From contig JAGVWE010000004.1 of NCBI GenBank assembly GCA_018304425.1, positions 219,189-283,188 on the forward strand: a DNA stretch of 64,000 bases, in the 5' to 3' direction. The notes beneath the pieces were generated by a model. It was given only the letters and a program-made list of their open reading frames with translations, was not told the DNA's origin and ran no database searches. Below, in pieces: positions 17,416-26,900 of this stretch; positions within the stretch are counted from its first letter, which is position 1, and every line of letters starts with the position of its first letter. The stretch is from Candidatus Iainarchaeum sp. Lineage in GTDB: Archaea > Iainarchaeota > Iainarchaeia > Iainarchaeales > UBA10219. The translations under genes and the position numbers were made by a program.

Positions 17416-17901
17416 ATGGTTGACGCGCAAGTCGTGCAGGAAACCGTCAAGCGCATGCTGGACTCGGGCATCGACGTTCCAACCATCCGGCAGACCCTGG
17501 CCGACATCGGCTTAAGCGAAGCCGAAATCCAGCGCGTGCTGTCCCAAGCCAATGCTCCCGCCACAGCCCAACCCCAGGCGCCAGCCGAGCCCTCTCCGGA
17601 GAGCGTGCGGGATTCCCTGCTCGACGACCGCGAAGAAGAGGAGTTGCGGGAGACGACCGCGCACGCGGCCCTCGAAGAACAGGGCCTGAAACTCGATGAC
17701 CTGCACGGCAAAGTCGATTTGTTGCACGAGAAACTGGCTTCGCCTTCCCTTTCCCAGTCCGCCTTGGAAGCGCGCCTCAACCAGTTCGAGAAAGACCTCG
17801 GAGAGTTGAAGGCAGGCAGCAGGGCCCTGCAGGACCTGCTCAAAAAAATCCTGGAAACCAACCGCGAAACCCTGGCCCGGCTCGAACAACAAAAGAAATA
17901 A
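17416..17901 (+). CDS. Hypothetical protein (N-terminal three-helix motif, C-terminal coiled coil)
   Basis: MVDAQVVQETVKRMLDSGID..TIRQTLADIGLSEAEI, a Pro/Ala linker, then heptad repeats. Divergent AT-rich promoter region at 17350-17395. Confidence 0.8.
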   Translation: MVDAQVVQETVKRMLDSGIDVPTIRQTLADIGLSEAEIQRVLSQANAPATAQPQAPAEPSPESVRDSLLDDREEEELRETTAHAALEEQGLKLDDLHGKVDLLHEKLASPSLSQSALEARLNQFEKDLGELKAGSRALQDLLKKILETNRETLARLEQQKK

Positions 17902-17950
17902 GTTTTAGGGGGATGCCAGGCAACCTTCCCATGGTTGTCGCTTGAGCGCC

Positions 17951-18787
17951 TTACTTGGCTGCCCCCAATGGTTCCTCGTCCGCGGGCTGTCTTTCGGTAG
18001 GCAAACCCGTCGTCGGCCCCTGCGGGCCCACGCCGCCAGGAGAAGGTTCTTCTCCGCCTTCTGTGATAGGCCCGGTTGGCCCTGGTCCTCCCGAGCTGGG
18101 TAAGGACCCCCCTGCGCCGCCGCATTCACATTTTCCGGGGTCGTCAAACCCTGACGCTAAACTATATGCACATTGTTTTCCAGCCGTCGCACAAGTATGC
18201 GTGTTACAAATCTGCACTCCTTTGAGTGCCTTAGCCCCTGCCCCCTTTTCTGCCCCTTCATTAAGAATTTTCTGTTTGTCTGCGGGGCTGAATGCACAAC
18301 CAGCATTGGGATTGCCGGAAGTGTTTGGGCCAGTCGGTGCATTTCCGCCGGACACGGGGGCTCCACCGCCTGACGGCGTGCTTGGCCCTGTAGGGCCTTG
18401 GCTGCCGCTTGACGGCGGGGTTCCTATCGGCGTGCAAACACAGTCATACGTGCACTCGACATGCACCTGGGTGTTGTGTGGGTTGCATACTGCCATTGTA
18501 AGCTCATAATTATCTGGCTTGCAATACTCGGTTGCCGTGTCCTTGCAGTTTAACTCTGCGTTTCTCTTGCATGCGGTGGTGTCGTTTTCTTCACTTATCC
18601 TTTTCTCTTCTGCCTCGCAGGCAGCCTCCCGTTGCTCAGGCGCTGTTCCAGGCGGCACTTTTACGGGCACCTCCCCAAAAGTTGACCTGCCTGTTTCAGT
18701 TGCCTTTCCTGCGATGGGCAAATTGCAGCCCGCCAACACAATCAAGGCGCTTAAGGCAAGAAGCAAGGCAAACCGGTTGAATTTCAT
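17951..18787 (-). CDS. Cys-rich lipoprotein with Gly/Pro-rich linkers
   Basis: Signal peptide MKFNRFALLLALSALIVLAG|C with a lipobox, two small Cys-rich domains, and G/P/T linkers. Confidence 0.8.
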   Translation of the reverse strand: MKFNRFALLLALSALIVLAGCNLPIAGKATETGRSTFGEVPVKVPPGTAPEQREAACEAEEKRISEENDTTACKRNAELNCKDTATEYCKPDNYELTMAVCNPHNTQVHVECTYDCVCTPIGTPPSSGSQGPTGPSTPSGGGAPVSGGNAPTGPNTSGNPNAGCAFSPADKQKILNEGAEKGAGAKALKGVQICNTHTCATAGKQCAYSLASGFDDPGKCECGGAGGSLPSSGGPGPTGPITEGGEEPSPGGVGPQGPTTGLPTERQPADEEPLGAAK

Positions 18788-18823
18788 TAGCGGTCCTCAT
18801 ACCCATACTGTTCGTCGAACTAT

Positions 18824-19393
18824 TTAAAGCCGTGGGTCAGTGGCTTCCGTGCCCCTCGCCATGCCCGCCGCCGTGCGCCCCATGGGCGTCCCCGTGCCCT
18901 GCTCCCCCGCCTTCGGCCGCGGCCTCGGCTGCAGTTCCCCTTCGTGGCCGTGCACGTGCCCCATGTGGAACACTCTTTCCACCAGCCACTTCATGAGCCG
19001 GGTCGAGCCCGTGATGACGCGGCTGCCTAGGTACTTGCTCGTGTTCCTGTGCGTGTCATCCGCGTAGGGTTGCGCGGGGTTCATCTCGGTCGCGCCCTGC
19101 TTGCGGTTCCACCAGTATTCCGCGGTCTTGCCGCCAACGGCCTTCACCATGTCCGGCAACAATTCCGGGTCCGGGTGACTGCCATGCGCGCCCTCGAAGG
19201 CCGCGTATTCCCGTTCCACGTCTTCGCCCAGGCCATGGGCAAGGCCGCCCGTCGTCCTTCCCACGCGGTTCAGGACCGTGCCCAGCAAGCCGAAGGCCAG
19301 GACCGCGCCCAGCAGGGCCGCGACCCACAGGAAGTCAAGGTAGGTGGCAACCACGATGGCGAAGGCAATCAAGGAGAAGTGCAGGGGTCGCAT
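18824..19393 (-). CDS. Hypothetical protein with N-terminal TM hairpin
   Basis: Hydrophobic first ~40 aa. Starts 2 nt after the stop of the upstream ORF. Confidence 0.7.
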   Translation of the reverse strand: MRPLHFSLIAFAIVVATYLDFLWVAALLGAVLAFGLLGTVLNRVGRTTGGLAHGLGEDVEREYAAFEGAHGSHPDPELLPDMVKAVGGKTAEYWWNRKQGATEMNPAQPYADDTHRNTSKYLGSRVITGSTRLMKWLVERVFHMGHVHGHEGELQPRPRPKAGEQGTGTPMGRTAAGMARGTEATDPRL

Positions 19394-19395
19394 GG

Positions 19396-19752
19396 TTACC
19401 CGCCCAGCCCGCCGAGGCCGCCGTAGCCACCCATGCCTCCCATGCCGCCCAGCATGTCGCCGTAGCCCATGTCCGGGGGATACATTTCGGGCTGCTGTTC
19501 TTTTTCCTTCAGGCCCAGGGCCAGGGAGACCACGATGAGGCCGAAGACGATGACCGGCCAGTAGGCGTTGATGTCCGCCGTCTTGGAGACGAAGTACAGC
19601 ACGCCGGCCGAAACCAGTATCATGAGGGCCATGGTCATGCTGCGCATGCCGAGGACAACGATGGCGATGACCGCGAATATCAGCCAGTTCTCGCCGAACT
19701 GGAAGGCCAGCATCAAGAGCATGAGGGCCACGAGGAAGGTGAAAGTGTCCAT
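19396..19752 (-). CDS. Small multi-pass membrane protein with Gly/Met-rich tail
   Basis: Three to four hydrophobic helices, then EQQPEMYPPDMGYGDMLGGMGGMGGYGGLGG. Confidence 0.8.
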   Translation of the reverse strand: MDTFTFLVALMLLMLAFQFGENWLIFAVIAIVVLGMRSMTMALMILVSAGVLYFVSKTADINAYWPVIVFGLIVVSLALGLKEKEQQPEMYPPDMGYGDMLGGMGGMGGYGGLGGLGG

Positions 19753-19756
19753 GGTC

Positions 19757-20017
19757 TCAGCCCTTGAATATCTGGACTTTTTCGAACAAGTCCTTGCCGA
19801 AGGTCGTGAACAGGAACAGCAGCACCGTCAGCCACACCAGTTCGCGGTAGGAGTAAACGGTCAAATAGGTGACGAGGAACGCGAACAACACGGCGAGCTT
19901 GGCGCTGCCCAGGGTTCCCTTGGCCCAGCTCAGCAGCCAGATGAAGAAGAACAGGATTAAGGCAATCTCGAGGTTTTCAAACAACCCGCCCCAGTAACTC
20001 AACAGAAACCCGGTCAT
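19757..20017 (-). CDS. Small membrane protein (3 TM)
   Basis: 86-aa, very hydrophobic ORF, 4 nt upstream of the next gene. Confidence 0.8.
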   Translation of the reverse strand: MTGFLLSYWGGLFENLEIALILFFFIWLLSWAKGTLGSAKLAVLFAFLVTYLTVYSYRELVWLTVLLFLFTTFGKDLFEKVQIFKG

Positions 20018-20051
20018 GTCATGCCCCTGTAATTGATAGGTTTGTCGGCCT

Positions 20052-20492
20052 TTAAATTACTTTGCCTGCCGTTTTCAGGGTGGCTATTATCTCGGCCGTA
20101 TCCAGCACAACTATCTTGCTTTGTCTCTTCAGGGCTTTGTCCTGGGACCACAGGGGGCATTGCTTGGCAAGTGCCAGCGCCATGTAAGGGACATCATTCG
20201 GGTCAGGGCTTAGTTTGTGCGCCTCTTCCGCGTACTGGGCATATTCGTTTTTCGGGATTTCCACGATTTTTGCCGCTTCAAAGATGTCCTCCATCTTCTT
20301 CGCTACAGCCGCTTTTTGCGTCTTGAGCCTGGTAGCTATTTCGCCCATGTATTTACGCAACTCGATCTTGGTGAATTCCGGAGTAAGAAGTTGGATGCCG
20401 ATGGCTTTGAGCAAGGCCTTCCGGGTGCCAGAATCCGCAAGCGTTGCCGCAATAAAGACGTTTGCGTCCACGACCAGCGTTTTCGGCAACAA
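20052..20492 (-). CDS. vapC: PIN-domain (VapC-like) toxin
   Basis: LVVDANVFIAA, a conserved E, DPNDVPYMALAL and LWSQDK supply the PIN acidic residues. Confidence 0.88.
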   Translation of the reverse strand: MLPKTLVVDANVFIAATLADSGTRKALLKAIGIQLLTPEFTKIELRKYMGEIATRLKTQKAAVAKKMEDIFEAAKIVEIPKNEYAQYAEEAHKLSPDPNDVPYMALALAKQCPLWSQDKALKRQSKIVVLDTAEIIATLKTAGKVI

Positions 20493-20505
20493 GAGAACTC
20501 CACCC

Positions 20506-20748
20506 TCAAACCCTGATACCGTGCCTTCGAGCCACTCCAGCTTTTATTTTCCGCCCGATTTCAATGACGTCTTCCTCAGTCAGGGAACTATGCTTCGTCA
20601 ACTCATCGAGTTCCTGCAAGAGTTTCAACCGCTTTATTCGGTCTTCAAGCAGGCACCGGGTTTCCTCGCTCCAGTTCACGCCGCGGATCCCGTGCATTTC
20701 CTTTTTCAGCGACGCCGGGATGGCCAGGGTCAGCGTAGTTTTGTTCAA
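20506..20748 (-). CDS. Ribbon-helix-helix antitoxin (VapB-like)
   Basis: TTLTLAIP..LKKEM....VNWSE..R..L. Lies directly upstream of the PIN gene, with a GGAGGTG SD before a TTG start. Confidence 0.82.
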   Translation of the reverse strand: MNKTTLTLAIPASLKKEMHGIRGVNWSEETRCLLEDRIKRLKLLQELDELTKHSSLTEEDVIEIGRKIKAGVARRHGIRV

Positions 20749-20760
20749 GCGAACACCTCC

Positions 20761-20792
20761 ACACTAATTATAGTGCGTTTAGTGTATTTAAG
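20761..20792 (-). promoter_or_regulatory. TA promoter with inverted-repeat operator
   Basis: ACACTAA-N11-TTAGTGT (20761-20785), adjacent to a TATA-like TTAAATA. Confidence 0.55.
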
Positions 20793-20802
20793 CTTTTGGC
20801 CC

Positions 20803-21135
20803 TCATTGCCCCGTCGCGGGGTTCCGCAGCCTGGTGCCGATGCCCCAGATTACCACGGAGAACACCTGGATGCTCAGCAGCAACTGGAACATGTAGGCGG
20901 AGGCGAAGACGAAGAACCACTTGAACACCAGGAAGTAGATGAGGATGGCCGCGATGACGATGGTCAGCGGCCCGTCTCCCAGGTAGCCGCGCACCGTGGT
21001 GTAAAGCATGAAGATGCTGATGACCTGGAAGATGATCTTGGCTTCGGGGATGAGTTCCATGATTAGGGGGGGAAGGACGATGATGAGCGGCACCGCGATG
21101 GCAATGAACAGCACGATGTTTCCTTTTTCGTTCAT
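20803..21135 (-). CDS. Small multi-pass membrane protein
   Basis: 110-aa, almost entirely hydrophobic ORF. The MNEKG|NIVLF start resembles a class III signal peptide. Confidence 0.8.
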   Translation of the reverse strand: MNEKGNIVLFIAIAVPLIIVLPPLIMELIPEAKIIFQVISIFMLYTTVRGYLGDGPLTIVIAAILIYFLVFKWFFVFASAYMFQLLLSIQVFSVVIWGIGTRLRNPATGQ

Positions 21136-21147
21136 GGTTTTCCCTCT

Positions 21148-21555
21148 TTATCCTGGCATCATGGGCGGTGGCCGCGGCCTCGCCCCCAAGCCGGGGTGCG
21201 GGTGCCTCATGCCGTGCATGCGTTCCATGACGTCTTTCCCGGAGTCCACCGGGCTTCCCTGTTCTTCCTGGCCCTGCTGGGGCATTCCCTGGCTCTGGGT
21301 GACGAAGAAGAAGTCGATGATGATGGAGGCAAAGCCCAGCATGAACAGCATGTACAGCAGGTAAACGCCGCCGAACAATGCCCACAAATCGCTGAAAAAC
21401 ACGAAGTAACAGAAGCCCGCAATCAGGATGTAGGACAGTGCGCTCTTCCCCAGGTGCATGCGCGCCCACGAGACGATGGTCAGCAGAATGAATATCTTGA
21501 GGACGAAGTTGGCGTCCGCGAACATTTCCCCCAGGAAGCCAAGGAACGTCAGCAT
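21148..21555 (-). CDS. Small membrane protein (3 TM) with Gln/Met/Pro-rich tail
   Basis: Three hydrophobic helices, then QSQGMPQQGQ...PRPPPMMPG. Confidence 0.8.
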   Translation of the reverse strand: MLTFLGFLGEMFADANFVLKIFILLTIVSWARMHLGKSALSYILIAGFCYFVFFSDLWALFGGVYLLYMLFMLGFASIIIDFFFVTQSQGMPQQGQEEQGSPVDSGKDVMERMHGMRHPHPGLGARPRPPPMMPG

Positions 21556-21677
21556 GCTACCTACAAAGCGCGAAGAGGTTAATAGCCTTCCCCGTTGCCC
21601 AACCCACACCAACCAATTACCCATTATTTCGGCAATCGACGAATAATTATATAAGCTGGTTGCGATCCATTCCCTGC

Positions 21678-22097
21678 ATGCAGCGGGTTTACCTGGACTC
21701 GAATGTATTTATTGCCGTCATCCGCGGGGACATGGGGAAACCGTTTAGGTTGATGTATCAGTTTTCCATGGATTTTTTGGTTCATTGCCAAGGGCGTTTC
21801 GAGGTCATTCTCTCCGATGTGACGTTAAAAGAAATCCGGTGTCATGCTTACTCTTCCCCGGAGGAAGCCTTGGCTTTGTTTGCAGAACACGGCATTCGGG
21901 TGACGCTGGTTGGTCCCGATGAATCCAACAAACGCAGGGCCAAGGAAATAGAATTGCTGGGCGTTCATTATCCGGATAGCCTGCACGTCGCATTGGCTTT
22001 GAGGTGGCAAGCCTGTGCGATTGTTACCTGGAACGTCAAGGACTTCGAGCCGGTACGCCACCTGATTGACGTGCGGGAACCGGCGGGTTTTGGTTGA
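21678..22097 (+). CDS. vapC: PIN-domain (VapC-like) toxin
   Basis: VYLDSNVFIA, SDVTLKEI, DSLHVALA, IVTWNVKDF. TATA-like TTATATAA at about 21647-21654. Confidence 0.88.
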   Translation: MQRVYLDSNVFIAVIRGDMGKPFRLMYQFSMDFLVHCQGRFEVILSDVTLKEIRCHAYSSPEEALALFAEHGIRVTLVGPDESNKRRAKEIELLGVHYPDSLHVALALRWQACAIVTWNVKDFEPVRHLIDVREPAGFG

Positions 22098-22099
22098 TT

Positions 22100-22375
22100 C
22101 TATAGCAGGCCTTTTTCCCGTAAGAGTTCGTCCGCCAACTGGGCTCGTTCTTCCCGGGTTGGAAACCGCCCGGTGAAGCCCCGTGCCCTGGCTTTTTCGG
22201 CCAGCTTTTGGAAGTCCCGCCGCATCCGCTCCCGCCGAACGGCCAGGACTTTTTCCCTGACCGCGTCCCGCACGAAGTCGTTGCGCGAGCTGTGCAGGCC
22301 CTCTGATTTCACGCATGCGTCGACTTCTTTGACCAGCTTGGGCTCCAGGGTGATGCAATACTGTTTCATGGCCAT
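22100..22375 (-). CDS. CopG/RHH family protein, probable antitoxin
   Basis: YCITL...LVKEVD..V.......SRNDFVRDAVREK is the CopG/NikR-type RHH pattern. Confidence 0.82.
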   Translation of the reverse strand: MAMKQYCITLEPKLVKEVDACVKSEGLHSSRNDFVRDAVREKVLAVRRERMRRDFQKLAEKARARGFTGRFPTREERAQLADELLREKGLL

Positions 22376-22450
22376 GATATTGATTACGGTATTGGTTTAT
22401 TTAAGCGTTTTGGTTGGCTGGCCGAAAGACAGGGGTTCCGGGGAAGCCGT

Positions 22451-23878
22451 TTACCGGTAGCGGTTGGGGCCGCGTTCTTGGCTCCAGTAGTCGGGTTGTG
22501 CGTAGGCCGGGAACCCGGTGCCAGTGCCTTGGGTGCTTGTGCCCGTCGTTCCCGTGCCGGTCCATTCGTTGTCCGCGCCCGTGCCTGGCACGCTGCCGGT
22601 TGGTTGCTCGCCGCTTGGAATCGTGGTGGTTTCGGTTCCGTCGAGGGTGGGGTTATCGGTTGTCGCGGAACCCGTGCCGGTTTGGTTCACGGCCTGCACG
22701 CCGCCGGGCCCGCATCCCTCTCCCGGTTCACCTGGTTCCCAGTTCACGCAGGTGTTTCCGGGCTGCTCAGGTGAAACGGATTGGTTTTGGGCGGTGCTGC
22801 CGGGGCAGAAGCATTTTTTTTCGGAGTCCCAGTCACAGTGGTCCTTCTTGTTGGAGCAGAACTTTTCTTTGCAGACGTCTCTGGCCAGTTGGTCGAGTGT
22901 TTTGCTTGGGTTCTTGGGCACTCTCTGTGCCACTTCGCGGTCGTCATCCTCGGTCCACTTGCAACCATCCCCCGTGGTCGGCCCGCCACCCCCGCCTCCT
23001 CCTCCAGTCGTTGGCGGGCTTCCTCCGGTGCTTCCCGTGGGTTTGGGGATGCAGGCACAATAGTCTGCTGTTCCCTTGCCACACGTTCCCTTGCCGCCAT
23101 CGCACTCGCCGGCTTGGCCGCACTGCGTCCAATACAGGGCCGCATCATTTTTTCCTTGGCCGGCAGCGGCCTTCGTCGAGCAATCAACGTCTGCCTGGGT
23201 CGCCTGGTTGGCGCCACTGCCGTCGCGGGGTGCTTCGCCGGCTTGGGTTCCTTCGTCCTCGCCGCAGGGCACGCAGTTCTTGTTCAGTATTTTGCACTTG
23301 CCCTCGCCCTCGCAGGTGCCGCAGGCCGTCTCATAAGCCGCCTGCCACTCCGTTGGGTTCTTTTTCTTGCTCTGGTGGGATTGCACCAAGGCCGCATCCG
23401 CCGCTTTCTTCGCGTCCGCATTGCATTCGTTGCTTGAAGTGGTCGGGCCACCTGCAGCTCCGCCTCCTCCGGAATCGGGGCTGCCCCCGCCAACTGAGGT
23501 GGTGCCCGAATAGCACACACAGGAATAGTCATAGGTTACGACCCCATAATACTTCGAAAACCCCCTTTTCACTTCATATCCTGTTACCTTTACGGTGGCT
23601 TTCCCGGAATTGCAGGCCTCCGCCTTGCAAAAAGCCGCGCACCGCGTGTCGGCGGCGGTCTGGGCTTCGACCGCGCAACCTTTCGCGGCAGCGTCCTTTT
23701 CCTCCTGGCTTGGCGCTCCGAACATTCCAAAGGAACCGCATTCCTTCTTTACCCCATCTTCATTTTCTTTCGCACAGACCACCGATTCACCGGCAAACCC
23801 AGTCGAGGGAAGGGTGCAACCAGCCAGCACGATTAAGGCGCTAATGGCTAAAATGAGCAGTAATTGGCGTGTTTTCAT
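22451..23878 (-). CDS. Cys-rich lipoprotein, paralog of 17951-18787
   Basis: MKTRQLLLILAISALIVLAG|C lipobox, then several small Cys-rich modules separated by G/T/P-rich linkers. Confidence 0.82.
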   Translation of the reverse strand: MKTRQLLLILAISALIVLAGCTLPSTGFAGESVVCAKENEDGVKKECGSFGMFGAPSQEEKDAAAKGCAVEAQTAADTRCAAFCKAEACNSGKATVKVTGYEVKRGFSKYYGVVTYDYSCVCYSGTTSVGGGSPDSGGGGAAGGPTTSSNECNADAKKAADAALVQSHQSKKKNPTEWQAAYETACGTCEGEGKCKILNKNCVPCGEDEGTQAGEAPRDGSGANQATQADVDCSTKAAAGQGKNDAALYWTQCGQAGECDGGKGTCGKGTADYCACIPKPTGSTGGSPPTTGGGGGGGGPTTGDGCKWTEDDDREVAQRVPKNPSKTLDQLARDVCKEKFCSNKKDHCDWDSEKKCFCPGSTAQNQSVSPEQPGNTCVNWEPGEPGEGCGPGGVQAVNQTGTGSATTDNPTLDGTETTTIPSGEQPTGSVPGTGADNEWTGTGTTGTSTQGTGTGFPAYAQPDYWSQERGPNRYR

Positions 23879-23927
23879 CGAGTCACCATCTTGGTTTTTG
23901 TCATATGATATGTCTTCATTGGCCTAT

Positions 23928-26900
23928 TTAACTGTTTCCCTGGATTGCCGTGGAACCCGTTCTTGGCGGACTGCTTGCCGAGTAGCCAATGCAGGTCTTT
24001 CCGGCTTCCAGCTTCTGCGTGAAGTCGTGGATGCTTTGCTTGGCCCCTGCTTGCTTGTAGATGCGGGTGGGGTCCCAGAAGAAGCTGACGCTGGTTCCCT
24101 CTTCCCGGGCGCAGAGCAGCTGGCGTTTAACCAGGCTAAACACGTCCTCCACCGAGTTGATGTAATCGCTGGTCGCCCTTCCCGGCCGGTTGTATTGCAT
24201 GCTGCTGATGCCCTGCAGTTTCACCACGGCACCGTACTCGTCTGCCGTGAGGAAGTTCAGGGAACCCTTGGGTTCTTCGGCCCGCAACACCGCGCTCATG
24301 TGCCTGGGCGTGTAGATAATGGTGCGCAAGTCCACTTTGCCAGCATAATCCGCCTTTGACCAGTCCACGGTGTACGCGTTCTGGAAGTTGAACAAGCGGT
24401 CTTTCTGGGTCGCAGACCTATCCGGTTTGTGGAAGAAAGCCTCGGTGACGAGTTGGCCGTCGAAGTTCAGGCAAGCCCCCGCGCCGCTCCACTCCGTCAA
24501 GCTCGTGCCCGTGTTCACCGGCAACTCCTTGTCAGACAAGAGGTAGAACGCCCCAAACGGTTCGGTGCTTATCTCCTTCTTGTTCATCTCCAGCACCACG
24601 GGCGTGGCATAACTGGGCGCCATCGTCATCTTCACGGCGCCCTCTCCCTGGGTCTCCATGCGCAACACGATGCCCTTGAATTGCGGCGACGTGTTGATGG
24701 TCTTGATGTCTTTTTCGATGGACGTGAAAATCTTGTTCATGGGGTTGGAGCCCGCATCCGGGTAGCTCGTCAAGGCCACGGCACCGTTGTCAATCCGGAC
24801 CGTTTCCGTGGGGTTGAGGTTCACGAAGGAAACCCCGTAGCCCTGCCGGTCAAACCGGTCCTTTTTGAGGCCCACGAGACCGTCAAAGGGCAGCCGGTAG
24901 AACATGGAGTTCGGCACCGGGTCGGCCACCCGGTACAGGGAAACGCTCATCTTGCCTTTGACGTTGCCTTGGTCGTCGAAGAACCGCCAGTCGTTCGTGA
25001 ACAGGGGGCCCAGTTCGACTTCGTATATGCCGGCCTGAATGGTGTTCACGTTGTTTTCGAATCGGCGGGTGAAGAACAGCTTGTTTTGCTGCAGGTAAAG
25101 CTGGTTGAACCCGTACTTCTTGTTGCCGGGCGCGGTTCCCAGGCTATGGAAAGCCGTGTCAGCGTCGGCAAAGGCCACGTTCGTGTAATACTCGCCGAAG
25201 TCCTTGATGAAGTCCTCGGAATAGCCGTCGGCCATGAGCATGGCGTTGAACTTGGTCAACTGGTTGAGGGCCTGGACATTGGGCACGCGGGCAGTCCAGT
25301 TGACGGACGAATCCGCCTTGATGAACCGGTTGATGGTGGACTCCCCATACGTTGTCTCCGTGCTCCGCGGCGTGCCGCACCCCGTTTTCTGCTCGATCTC
25401 GCTGGGCTGCGGGTTGAGGTTCACCCTGAACGCGAACGCCACCGAAGCCGAGTCAATCGAGGCAGCCGAGGACGAAGTGACTTCCGCCACCGCCGTGTAG
25501 ATGCCGTCCGCGAGGTCGGCCATGATGCACTCGCCGGTCTTCGAGTTCACGCCCGCGAGGTTGCTGATGCCCGCCAAGGCAATGGTGCAGGTTTTCAGGC
25601 CTCCCGCCGTCCCGTTCATGCGCACCGAAACGCTGGCATCCGCAGGCGCCGTGCCGTTGTTCGTGGCAGTCACCTGGACGGTCATGTCGTCGCCGTTCTG
25701 GGTGCCGATGATGCTGCTTGCGCCCACGCTTCCGGCATCCACCGTATGCAGTGCGTTGTCCGTATTGAACTGGGTGGTCACCTTGCCGGTTTCATCCGTT
25801 GAGGGGCACGTGAACTGGTAGTTGTTGGCCTTGAGGAATTCATCAAACGCCTCCAGCCTTTTGACTATGGCGATGTTCAATTGCGTGGCGTCGCAGTAGA
25901 TGCCATTGGCATTGTCCGCGTTGCAGGAGTCCGCCTGGATGGCGTCCGAGCCGTTCCAGTTCCAGTTCAGCCTGGTTTTGGGCAAGGCTCCCGGCCCGTT
26001 CACGCCCAAGGAGGTGCCTGCATTGCACGCAAACGTGTCAAAGTCGAGTCTCGGTATCTCGAGTTTCTCGGTTTGGGTGATGAAGCGCACGTGGATGGGC
26101 TCCCGGTACTCGCCGTCGCTGGCTTCCACGCAGGCGCCCTGGTTGGTTGGAGCCCCTATCCAGTAGCCCGCGAACTCCCCGTTATCGCACGTAACGGCCG
26201 CTTTTCCCGCATGCAGGGGGTCCCCGTGGTGGTGGATCTTGGTCAAAATGGTGGCAATCGCGTACGTCGGCTTTTCGTCCAAGATGCCGAGGTTCTGGAA
26301 GTTGACGCCCACGGTTTGAGTGGAATTCTTTGAACCGCAGTCCAGGCAGTCCGCAATGGCGAGGTTGAACATCCCGACCAGTTTTTCCTTGTCCAGGATG
26401 ACGCTTTGCGCGTCGGGTGGGAGATAGATGGCCGCGCCCTTCTTTCCGACCCCGTTAAGGTTGATGACGTAGTCCGGCAGGGTATGCGTGTCCGTGGTAT
26501 CATGGCAGTCCTCGTCGAAGACGCCGAATATCGCCAGGACCACGGCCACGACTACGGCAACGATGATTCCAATGAGGGGCACCGCCCCAGCAATCACGAC
26601 AAGGGCACCCACCACGACTCCCGCGGCAATGGATTTCCCAACCCCTGACTTGGAGGACTCGTCCCACGCGCACATGTCGGCTGTTACGGCTACGTCTTCC
26701 CTCAGCTTGAAGTTCTTGAGGATGGCCGAGTCGGTTTGGCCGGGCGGCGTGTAGAACGTGTACTTGTCGAAGTCCAGGTAGCCGTCGGACTCGACAATCA
26801 CCTTGTACTCTGCTATCTGCCGCCAGCCTCCGCCGGCCGGGCGCGCGTACACGGGAACACCGTAGTAGCCTGGCACGGTTTTCTTCGTCACGAGGACGTC

